Shown: one piece after another, positions 7,995-15,452 of the stretch
Position numbering within the stretch: position 1 is the first letter of the stretch
How the letters are laid out: the number at the start of each line of letters is the position of its first letter
DNA from: Isobaculum melis
Lineage (GTDB): Bacteria; Bacillota; Bacilli; Lactobacillales; Carnobacteriaceae
Length of the DNA stretch: 24,000 bases
Direction: 5' to 3'
Assembly: GCF_900111355.1 (NCBI RefSeq)
Contig: NZ_FOHA01000025.1
Span: 1-24,000 of the forward strand
The notes under the pieces: generated by a model
Database searches by the model: none
What the model saw: the letters and a program-made list of their open reading frames with translations, nothing else
What the model was told of the DNA's origin: nothing
Made by a program: the position numbers and the translations under genes

Positions 7995-8020
7995 TCAATA
8001 TACAAAATATTGTATATTGA
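7995..8020. promoter_or_regulatory. Operator-like palindrome, copy 2 (same CAATATACA-N6-TGTATATTG half-sites)
   Basis: TCAATATACAAAATATTGTATATTGA has 11-bp arms and a 4-nt centre. Its half-sites are identical to copy 1, and the two centres are 67 bp apart. Confidence 0.55.
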
Positions 8021-8053
8021 GAAGGCGCAAGATTTTAATTGATCGATGCAGTA

Positions 8054-8082
8054 TTGATTGAGTCATTTTTTCTATCTAAGAT
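8054..8082 (+). promoter_or_regulatory. Alternative proximal promoter candidate (TTGATT-17-TAAGAT)
   Basis: -35 TTGATT (8054-8059), a 17-nt spacer, and -10 TAAGAT (8077-8082). A small palindrome CTATCT-A-AGATAG (8072-8084) overlaps the -10 element. Confidence 0.3.
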
Positions 8083-8143
8083 AGCGAGAATCAACAAATT
8101 TAGTCAGTCATAATCAACAGAATAGATTAAAGGAGGAAAAAGT

Positions 8144-8506
8144 ATGAAAACAATTGTAGTCGGAGGACAAATTGATAAACCAGAAGTAAAAACACTAGTT
8201 GAGACATTAGCAGCTGGACAATTTAATGTAGAAGTGAAAAGTGATTTAGAAGCAGCTATGGCTGTGAAATCAGGGGATGCTGACTATTATGTAGGCGCTT
8301 GCAACACTGGTGGTGGCGGAGCTTTAGCAATGGCATTAGCATTATTAGGACATGATCAATGTGTCACCGTTTCAATGCCAGGTAAAATGATGGAAGAAAC
8401 GAAAATCCGTGAGGAAGTACGTAGTGGTAAAAAAGCTTTTGGTTTTACAGCACAAGATAAAGAAAAAGTGATTCCTATTTTAATGGATGAATTAAAGCAA
8501 TTATAA
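8144..8506 (+). CDS. yhfU: DUF2620 family protein (YhfU-like)
   Basis: 120-aa soluble ORF with a strong RBS (AAAGGAGG). It has a beta-strand start (MKTIVVGG) and a Cys/Gly-rich loop (YYVGACNTGGGGALAMALA) characteristic of YhfU/DUF2620, as recalled. Confidence 0.75.
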   Translation: MKTIVVGGQIDKPEVKTLVETLAAGQFNVEVKSDLEAAMAVKSGDADYYVGACNTGGGGALAMALALLGHDQCVTVSMPGKMMEETKIREEVRSGKKAFGFTAQDKEKVIPILMDELKQL

Positions 8507-8532
8507 AAAGTATGTTGGAGGTATAAGAAATC

Positions 8533-9846
8533 ATGGATACATCAAAAATTATTGAGTTATTAGTCGTGGGAGCATTAGGTGCCCTGTGTTCAATCTTAGC
8601 AAATAGAGGGATTGCCGTTTTTAATGATGGCTTACGTCCAGTTGTTCCTGAATTTTTAGAAGGAAAAATTGGTAAAAAAGAAATTGCAGCAACAAGCTTT
8701 GCTTTAAGCTTTGGTTTAGTCATTGGTTTTGGGATTCCGGTTTCAATTGGTGCTTCTATTATTCTGGTTCATAGTATTTTACTAGCAACAGATATTATTG
8801 GTAGCTGGTCACCAGTTGGCAAAAAAGGCATCATTATTGCTGGTGTTGTTGGGGCAGCTTACGGTGTCGGAATTACACTAGGTTTACAAGCAGTTGTTGA
8901 TTTATTTGCGAAAATGCCAGTGGACTTCTTACCTTCATTAGCAATGGTAGGGACACCAGTCGTTGTGGCCTTCTCAATTTTCCCAGCAGTAGCAATTGCC
9001 TATCAACATGGCTTTAAAAAAGGTGCGATTTCATTTGCGCTTGTTGGTTTAACATTATTTGCAGTGAAAAAATTTGGTACATTCACTTTAAGTGGTGGCA
9101 CAACATTCACTTTAAGTGCAGAAGGTATGTCTTTACTTGTTGGAATGATCCTCATGATTATCTTCGCAGTTGGTGTGAAAGGTGATGGAGATGCTAACCA
9201 AAACTTAATGAGTATCTTTATGGAACGTGTAAACCGTATTAAAAAGAACTGGATTCTTTTATCAGCTGTCGGTGGTTTAGTCAGTGCAGCAACAAGTCTT
9301 TTAATGATTGCAGGCGACCCAATTTCGCTAAATCTTTTAAGTGATGGAAAATATAGTGAAGCAGCGTTAGCAGCATTTGCTCGTGGGATTGGTTTTATCC
9401 CATTAGTATTCTCAACAGCAATTGTAACAGGTGTTTACAGTCCAGCTGGAACAACCTTTGTTTTTGTAGTGGGTATTTTACTAAGAGGCAACCCAATCTT
9501 AGCATTTGTGGTTGGTGCGCTTGTGATGTTTATTGAAATCATGTTATTAAACGGTATGGCGAAAGGGTTAGATAAATTCCCTGGCGTTCGTGAAATGGGC
9601 GAACATATCCGTACTTCTATGAATAAAGTCTTAGAAGTTGCCTTACTTATTGGTGGTGCTATGGCTTCTGAAGCAATGGCACCAGGTATTGGTTACTTCT
9701 GGGTCATTGGTTTGTATCTATTAAATAGAACAGCGAAGAAACCACTTGTTGATTTAGCAGTTGGACCAGTGGCAGCAATTGCCTTAGGTATTATTGTGAA
9801 CATTCTTTATCTAGTCGGTTTATTCACTCCTGTTGTAGCAGGTTAA
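8533..9846 (+). CDS. yhfT: YhfT-like polytopic membrane protein (putative permease)
   Basis: 437-aa ORF with about 10-12 hydrophobic segments, 26 nt after the yhfU-like gene. Its size and position match E. coli YhfT. Confidence 0.75.
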   Translation: MDTSKIIELLVVGALGALCSILANRGIAVFNDGLRPVVPEFLEGKIGKKEIAATSFALSFGLVIGFGIPVSIGASIILVHSILLATDIIGSWSPVGKKGIIIAGVVGAAYGVGITLGLQAVVDLFAKMPVDFLPSLAMVGTPVVVAFSIFPAVAIAYQHGFKKGAISFALVGLTLFAVKKFGTFTLSGGTTFTLSAEGMSLLVGMILMIIFAVGVKGDGDANQNLMSIFMERVNRIKKNWILLSAVGGLVSAATSLLMIAGDPISLNLLSDGKYSEAALAAFARGIGFIPLVFSTAIVTGVYSPAGTTFVFVVGILLRGNPILAFVVGALVMFIEIMLLNGMAKGLDKFPGVREMGEHIRTSMNKVLEVALLIGGAMASEAMAPGIGYFWVIGLYLLNRTAKKPLVDLAVGPVAAIALGIIVNILYLVGLFTPVVAG

Positions 9847-9864
9847 AGAAAGGCGTTATCGTAA

Positions 9865-10863
9865 ATGAAAAAAACAGTCAAAGAATTTGCCAAAGCAACG
9901 ATGTTGGCGTATCAAAACCCGTATCACAGCGTAGCATACATTGCTCCCCCAGCATTTGATGAAGCCTGTCAGCAATTAGAAGCTGATTTAACACCGTTTT
10001 ATTTTGGTGTGAAAGAGACCCCTGTTTTAAATCCATGTCAAATGGCTTTGTCTGAAGCAGGTATGATTTTTCATACAATTGATAAAATGTCGGATCATGG
10101 TCGGGCGATTGATACAACTTTGGTAAATCCTTTAACTGGAAGAAGTATGACAGGTTCTTCAAGTGGAACAGCTATCAATGTTTTGCTTGGCATGAATGAT
10201 ATTGGGATTGGCAGTGATGGGGGTGGGTCTGTACTTGCTCCTGCCATGGCACTGCAATTATATGGCTTGATTCATCCAGCATTACCCGTGGTAAAAGTTA
10301 AAAAGCAATCAACTGATAACTTAACCTTTACCCCATCAGCAGGTTTCATTACTAGAAATTTTGCTTGTTTAGCAAAAGGTCTGGCTGTTTTTGATTTAAA
10401 GCCTGAAATGACAGCGATTAAAGTAGCCATTCCCAAAGGCTTAAGCCAGGAATTCTTAGCAGATTTGGCCCCTCAACTTTCAGCGTTGATCTCACTCGTG
10501 GAAGTTGACTATCCAGATTGTACGGCTGAGCGTTCCAAATTAATCCCTTGGCTTGAGCAAATGATGCAGCAATATGATGTAGTGATTTCACTGGAAGGGC
10601 CTATTGATACTTCTTCATATGGAGACTCTCTATTAGGAAGTTTTAGCGAACTTAGAAGTGCGGCACAGCAAGAAAGTGGTAAAGGCTTATTAAGAATTGT
10701 GAATATGCTTGATTTAGTAGGCCTAACCATTCCCTATGATGATTTGGCAAAAGGGCTATTATTGATTGCAAACCCAGCCAAAACAAGTGCGATTTTAGCC
10801 ATTGCACAAGCAGTTCAACCACTGATTCCAGAATTGGTTCAGCGTTATTTTCATAAGAAATAG
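9865..10863 (+). CDS. Compact amidase-signature (AS) family-like protein
   Basis: 332-aa ORF. The segment TGSSSGTAINVLLGMNDIGIGSDGGGSVLAPA parallels the AS consensus GGSSGGSAAAVA...GTDTGGSIRIPA. S98 to S122 is 24 residues apart, the usual cis-Ser to nucleophile-Ser spacing. A candidate catalytic Lys lies in FGVKE (K50). Confidence 0.6.
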   Translation: MKKTVKEFAKATMLAYQNPYHSVAYIAPPAFDEACQQLEADLTPFYFGVKETPVLNPCQMALSEAGMIFHTIDKMSDHGRAIDTTLVNPLTGRSMTGSSSGTAINVLLGMNDIGIGSDGGGSVLAPAMALQLYGLIHPALPVVKVKKQSTDNLTFTPSAGFITRNFACLAKGLAVFDLKPEMTAIKVAIPKGLSQEFLADLAPQLSALISLVEVDYPDCTAERSKLIPWLEQMMQQYDVVISLEGPIDTSSYGDSLLGSFSELRSAAQQESGKGLLRIVNMLDLVGLTIPYDDLAKGLLLIANPAKTSAILAIAQAVQPLIPELVQRYFHKK

Positions 10864-10875
10864 GAGATGATTAAG

Positions 10876-11754
10876 ATGCCATTAGTAGATGGAATGACAT
10901 TGATGCACGAACACACAACAATTGATTTATCAGGTGTGAAACAAAATGATGATTGTAATTTAAACTGCTTTGAAGAAACCATTAAAGAGTACCAAGTTCT
11001 TTATGAACAAGGGATTCGTAATATTGTAGATGTCACTGTTATGGGGATGAAAAGAAACCCAGAATATGTTAGAAAAGTGGCGGAAGCTTCTGGTATTCAT
11101 ATCATCCAAGCGACAGGTTGCTATACGGAGCGTTTCCTACCAGATTTTGTTGAAACAGATACCATTGAAGCTTTAGCAGAACGAATGATTCAAGAAATTG
11201 AAGTAGGTATTGATGGTACGGATATTAAAGCTGAAATTATTGGTGAAATTGGTTCAAGTAAAAATCAAATGACACCAAAAGAAACAAAAGTTTTTGAAGC
11301 TGCAGTATTAGCACATAAAAAAACAGGTAAGCCGATTACTACACATACAACCTTAGGGACTTATGGACATGAACAAATTGAATTCTTTAAAGAACGTGGC
11401 GTGGATTTATCACGTGTAGTCATTGGTCATGTAGACTTAAGCGGCAATGCTGATTATGTTTTGCATATGCTAAAAGAAGGCGTCTATGTAGAATTTGATA
11501 CCGTTGGCAAAGAGAACTATATGCCAGATCAAACACGTTTAGAAATGTTATTAAAAATTCAAGAAGCAGGCTTTACAGATAAAGTTTTTCTTTCATTAGA
11601 TATCACACGTAAAACAAATATGGCTTATAAAGGTGGTATTGGCTATCATTATTTAATGGATACATTTGTCCCTATGTTACGTGCTGGCGGCATTGAAGAA
11701 AGCTTTATCGAAAAAATGTTGGTGCATAATCCTCATACTTTTATGAACCAATAA
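10876..11754 (+). CDS. php: Phosphotriesterase-homology protein (Php/YhfV; amidohydrolase superfamily, COG1735)
   Basis: It carries the HxH motif (LMHEH), then E in IIGEIG, H in ITTHTT, H in VIGHVD and D in LSLDITR, which is a full Php-type binuclear metal site. The ORF track starts at ATG 10867, but that codon abuts the RBS AGGAG (10862-10866). ATG 10876 gives 9-nt spacing and a 292-aa product. Confidence 0.85.
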   Translation: MPLVDGMTLMHEHTTIDLSGVKQNDDCNLNCFEETIKEYQVLYEQGIRNIVDVTVMGMKRNPEYVRKVAEASGIHIIQATGCYTERFLPDFVETDTIEALAERMIQEIEVGIDGTDIKAEIIGEIGSSKNQMTPKETKVFEAAVLAHKKTGKPITTHTTLGTYGHEQIEFFKERGVDLSRVVIGHVDLSGNADYVLHMLKEGVYVEFDTVGKENYMPDQTRLEMLLKIQEAGFTDKVFLSLDITRKTNMAYKGGIGYHYLMDTFVPMLRAGGIEESFIEKMLVHNPHTFMNQ

Positions 11755-11773
11755 AAAAAGGAAGATATAAACT

Positions 11774-12871
11774 ATGGAAACTTATCCTTTAACAAGTTTA
11801 ACAATTGAAGAAGCAACACAAAAACAGTTTGCATTAGTTGATGCAATTACCAAAGAATTTAAAGGCTCAGAAATTTTAACACGTGGTGACTTAGGCGTAG
11901 TTCCTGGACTAAATCAGCCTAAAACGACACATCAAGTAGAAAAAGTACTCGCCAATTTCTTTGATGCTGAAGCAGCAATGTTAGTGCGTGGTGCGGGTAC
12001 AATGGCCATTCGTTTGGCGATGCATGCAGTACTGAAAGCAGGAGATACGCTACTTGTTCATGATGCACCAGTTTATCCAACAACACAAACATCTATTGAA
12101 ATGATGAATCTCAAGGTGATTAAAGCCGATTTTAATGATCTCGAAGCAGTTAAAGCAGTAGCTGCAGCTTCAGACATTCAAGGAGCATTGGTTCAATTTA
12201 CCCGACAAAAACCAGATGACTCTTATGATATTGGAGAAGTGATTGCAGCAATTCAAGCTGTGTTGCCTGACTGTCCCATTATTACTGATGACAATTATGC
12301 GGTCTTAAAAGTACCACAAATTGGTTCAGAGCTAGGTGCGACAATGGCTTGCTTCTCAACCTTTAAATTATTAGGTCCAGAAGGTGTTGGGTGTATTATT
12401 GGCTCAAAAGTAGCGATTGCTAAGCTAAGAAAAGAAAATTATTCAGGTGGGCTACAAGTACAAGGCTTTGAAGCGATTGCAGTTCTTCAAGGATTGATTT
12501 ATGCCCCAGTTGCGTTAGCGATTTCTGCTCAAGTGAGTGGAAAAGTTTGTACGCGACTAAACAATGGTGAAATACCTGGTGTCAAAAAAGCCTTTATTGC
12601 CAATGCACAGTCAAAAGTGTTGCTGATTGAATTAGAGGAAGCCAATGCCAATGAGGTATTAATTGAAGCCGAAAAATTAGGCGCGGCACCAAATCCAATT
12701 GGCGCTGAATCAAAATATGAATTTGTCCCAATGTTTTACCGCCTATCAGGTACATTTAGAGCAGCCAATCCCAAAGCATCTGAATCAATGATTCGTGTCA
12801 ATCCAATGCGTTCAGGTGAAGAAACAGTCTTACGTATCTTAAAAGAAGCGATCCTAAAAGCTGCGAAATAG
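11774..12871 (+). CDS. yhfS: Fold-type-I PLP-dependent enzyme, YhfS-like (SelA/DgaE-related aminotransferase class-V fold)
   Basis: 365-aa ORF. The putative Schiff-base lysine sits in FSTFKLLGPEG (K198, AAA at 12365-12367), similar to the S-x-x-K-x-L-x-GP motif of class V/SelA-like enzymes. A DDNYA motif lies upstream. Confidence 0.75.
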   Translation: METYPLTSLTIEEATQKQFALVDAITKEFKGSEILTRGDLGVVPGLNQPKTTHQVEKVLANFFDAEAAMLVRGAGTMAIRLAMHAVLKAGDTLLVHDAPVYPTTQTSIEMMNLKVIKADFNDLEAVKAVAAASDIQGALVQFTRQKPDDSYDIGEVIAAIQAVLPDCPIITDDNYAVLKVPQIGSELGATMACFSTFKLLGPEGVGCIIGSKVAIAKLRKENYSGGLQVQGFEAIAVLQGLIYAPVALAISAQVSGKVCTRLNNGEIPGVKKAFIANAQSKVLLIELEEANANEVLIEAEKLGAAPNPIGAESKYEFVPMFYRLSGTFRAANPKASESMIRVNPMRSGEETVLRILKEAILKAAK

Positions 12872-12880
12872 CTTTTGCTA

Positions 12881-12910
12881 TTGACTAACGGGAGAGACTA
12901 TCCTTACAAT
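12881..12910 (+). promoter_or_regulatory. Candidate internal promoter ahead of the regulator block (TTGACT-18-TACAAT)
   Basis: -35 TTGACT (12881-12886), an 18-nt spacer, and -10 TACAAT (12905-12910), located in the only long gap (122 nt) inside the cluster. Confidence 0.4.
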
Positions 12911-12918
12911 AAAATTAG

Positions 12919-12964
12919 GACGTGTCTGAAAAATTCAAATGCTACTGTAGTTTTCTGACACGTC
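12919..12964. promoter_or_regulatory. Strong inverted repeat/hairpin upstream of the yhfZ-like gene
   Basis: GACGTGTCTGAAAA (12919-12932) pairs with TTTTCTGACACGTC (12951-12964). That is 14 bp with one mismatch and an 18-nt loop, extendable by 4 weaker pairs. The upstream flank is A-rich, so it looks like a terminator only when read on the minus strand. Confidence 0.5.
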
Positions 12965-12993
12965 TTAACAAAAAAAGAGTCGAGGGATGCAAC

Positions 12994-13917
12994 ATGAATG
13001 AACATTTTTATCAAAAAACCGGAATTGTCATTACTTGGTTGGCAAGAGATTTAATGCAATTAAAAAAAGGGGATAGAATGCCCATTATTAGCGACTATCA
13101 ACAACAGTTTGACATTTCGAGAGGCACCGTGCAGAATGCGTTGCAATTCCTGAAAGATAAAGAAGCTATTGAGACAATTAGTAAAGGTCATTTAGGGACA
13201 TTCTTAAGTGAAGTAAACTATGAAGTTCTACAGCAATATGCGATTTCTGACTATGTTGTAGGGACCATGCCATTACCTTATTCTCGCTTATATGAAGGCT
13301 TTGCTACAGGATTATATCAAAACTTTAGTGACCATCAAATGCGTTTGAATATGGCTTATGTACGAGGTTCAAAAGACCGGATTCAATCAGTGGTTAATGG
13401 TGTGTATCATTTTGCAGTCGTCTCAAAATTTGCAGCAATGGAAGCCATCCGTCGTGAGGCTCCAGTTGAACAGATTATTGACTTTGGACCTTATACCTAT
13501 TTGTCTAGGCATATCTTATTATTTGCGGAAGCACAGCAAAATCAGATTGAGGATCAAATGCGTGTAGGCATTGACAATAGTTCCTATGACCAACAAACCT
13601 TAACACATGAAATTACCAAAAATAAGCAAGTTGAATTTGTAGAAATGCCAGGCCATCAATTAATTTATGCCTTAAAAGAAGGCGTCATAGATGCAGGTGT
13701 TTGGAACTATGATGAAATTGTGGATAAAAATTACCAAGATTTAAATTATCGCTTTATAGAAGAAAGTCAGCTGCAATTAGATATGAGTACCGCAGTGATT
13801 ATTTGCCATAAAGAGGATGCTATTTTTAAAACCGTCTTAAAGAAAAATATTGATCAACAAGCGTTATTAGCAACGCAAAAACAAGTATTAGAGGGGAATT
13901 TGATTCCTCGCTATTAA
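12994..13917 (+). CDS. yhfZ: YhfZ-like transcriptional regulator (GntR-type winged HTH plus YhfZ C-terminal ligand-binding-like domain)
   Basis: It has a GntR-like HTH (ISDYQQQFDISRGTVQNALQFLKDKEAIE). The ORF track begins at GTG 12922, inside the hairpin and without an RBS. ATG 12994 is preceded by GAGGGA at 6-nt spacing and gives 307 aa. Confidence 0.75.
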   Translation: MNEHFYQKTGIVITWLARDLMQLKKGDRMPIISDYQQQFDISRGTVQNALQFLKDKEAIETISKGHLGTFLSEVNYEVLQQYAISDYVVGTMPLPYSRLYEGFATGLYQNFSDHQMRLNMAYVRGSKDRIQSVVNGVYHFAVVSKFAAMEAIRREAPVEQIIDFGPYTYLSRHILLFAEAQQNQIEDQMRVGIDNSSYDQQTLTHEITKNKQVEFVEMPGHQLIYALKEGVIDAGVWNYDEIVDKNYQDLNYRFIEESQLQLDMSTAVIICHKEDAIFKTVLKKNIDQQALLATQKQVLEGNLIPRY

Positions 13918-13936
13918 AAAGATGGAGCGATGAAGA

Positions 13937-14278
13937 ATGATTCAAGAAAAATTAACAGTCTTAAAGACAGCAAACGTGATTGATGAAGCTGTTTACCAAT
14001 ATATGCAAGAAGTATTAAGTGTTTTAGAAACCAAAGAGTTAGTAGAAAAGTCGGAGGTTTTTATGACGCATTTAGCCATGGCGACTGCTCGTCAGCAAAA
14101 AGGTGAGAGCGTTGGCGCATTAGATGCATTGATTGTTGAACAAATGAAAGCAGAAACGCAATACGAAGAAGCAGTTGCGATTTGGCATGAATTAGCGGCT
14201 CTTGCTCCTGTTACATTTCATGAAGATGAGCTAGCATACCTTTATTTACACCTTTGTACCATGCTAGCAGAAGATTAG
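13937..14278 (+). CDS. yhfY: Stand-alone PRD-domain protein (YhfY-like)
   Basis: 113-aa all-helical ORF carrying both canonical PRD histidine contexts: FMTHLAMATAR (H45) and DELAYLYLHL (H105). It has no RNA-binding or DNA-binding domain. Confidence 0.7.
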   Translation: MIQEKLTVLKTANVIDEAVYQYMQEVLSVLETKELVEKSEVFMTHLAMATARQQKGESVGALDALIVEQMKAETQYEEAVAIWHELAALAPVTFHEDELAYLYLHLCTMLAED

Positions 14279-14290
14279 GGGGCGTGATTC

Positions 14291-15448
14291 ATGTTTTTGG
14301 AAGCAACGAAAAGAAGAAATCCTAAAATGATTGAAACGGCTATTCAGCTACATCAACAAGGAACGGTTTTACCAGATACCTACATTTTAGATTTAGATAT
14401 GATTGAAGCGAATGCAAAGCAAATGCTTGAAGTTGCTAAGCAGCATCAAGTGGAATTATTTTATATGACCAAACAAATTGGGCGCAATCCTCTTGTAGCT
14501 AAAAAATTAGCTGAATTAGGGATGAGTCATGCAGTTGTTGTGGATTTTAAAGAAGCGCTTGTCATGATGGAGAATGGTTTACCAATTGGAAATGTTGGGC
14601 ATTTAGTACAAGTACCACAGCATTTACTTGAAAAAATCATGATTTATGGTGCAAAATATATTACTGTTTACTCAATGGAAATGCTTGTAAGTATTCAAAA
14701 AATAGCGAAAAAGCTTGGCAAAAAGCAAGCTGTTCTGCTGAAAATGGTTGGTGAGGATGATCAATTATATCCAGGTCAATATGGTGGGTTTTTACTAGAA
14801 GAAGTGGCACAGCACTTTCCTGCGATGAAAGCTTGTGATTTTGTTGAGATTAAAGGTATTACCTCATTTCCTTGTTTCTTATACCAAGCGGATACCCATG
14901 AATTAGAAGCAACCCATAATGTCAAAACCATTCAACAAGCGAAAGCCTTATTTAGTGAAGCTGGCTTTAACTTAGCTGAATTAAATGTGCCATCTGCGAC
15001 TTGTTCAAGAACGATTCCATTTATTCAATCATTTGGTGGGACACAGGGAGAGCCAGGACATGCATTGACTGGGACAACACCTATGCATGCATTAACTGAT
15101 TTACCAGAAAAACCAGCGATGGCTTATATCAGCGAGATTTCTCATACATTTAAAGGTCAAAGTTATCTTTACGGAGGCGGTTATTACCGTAGAGGGCATT
15201 TAGAAAATGTACTAATTGATAACCAAGGAACCAGAACCCTAGGAAAGGTTGCCCCTTTTGCTGATGAAAACATTGACTATTATTTAGAAGTTGATGGTGA
15301 ACAGCCTGTTGGCGCAACTGCTATTATGGCTTTTAGAACACAAATTTTTGTGACACGAAGCGAGGTTGCAGTTGTTTCAGGCATTCAATCGGGTAAACCA
15401 AAAGTAGAAGGTATTTATGACAGCCAAGGGAAATTTTTGAGAAGGTGA
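14291..15448 (+). CDS. yhfX: Fold-type-III PLP enzyme, alanine-racemase-N-terminal-domain family (YhfX-like)
   Basis: 385-aa ORF. The likely PLP lysine lies in FYMTKQIGRNP (K61), in the position of the alanine racemase VVKANAYG lysine. A C-terminal beta domain is present. Confidence 0.75.
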   Translation: MFLEATKRRNPKMIETAIQLHQQGTVLPDTYILDLDMIEANAKQMLEVAKQHQVELFYMTKQIGRNPLVAKKLAELGMSHAVVVDFKEALVMMENGLPIGNVGHLVQVPQHLLEKIMIYGAKYITVYSMEMLVSIQKIAKKLGKKQAVLLKMVGEDDQLYPGQYGGFLLEEVAQHFPAMKACDFVEIKGITSFPCFLYQADTHELEATHNVKTIQQAKALFSEAGFNLAELNVPSATCSRTIPFIQSFGGTQGEPGHALTGTTPMHALTDLPEKPAMAYISEISHTFKGQSYLYGGGYYRRGHLENVLIDNQGTRTLGKVAPFADENIDYYLEVDGEQPVGATAIMAFRTQIFVTRSEVAVVSGIQSGKPKVEGIYDSQGKFLRR

Positions 15449-15452
15449 AAAT

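Noticed and set aside
12922-12993. The N-terminal 24-codon extension of the yhfZ-like ORF, which starts at GTG in the track.
   Set aside because: The GTG lies inside a strong hairpin and has no RBS, and the encoded MSEKFKCYCSFLTRLNKKRVEGCN is not GntR-like. The internal ATG 12994 has a well-spaced GAGGGA.
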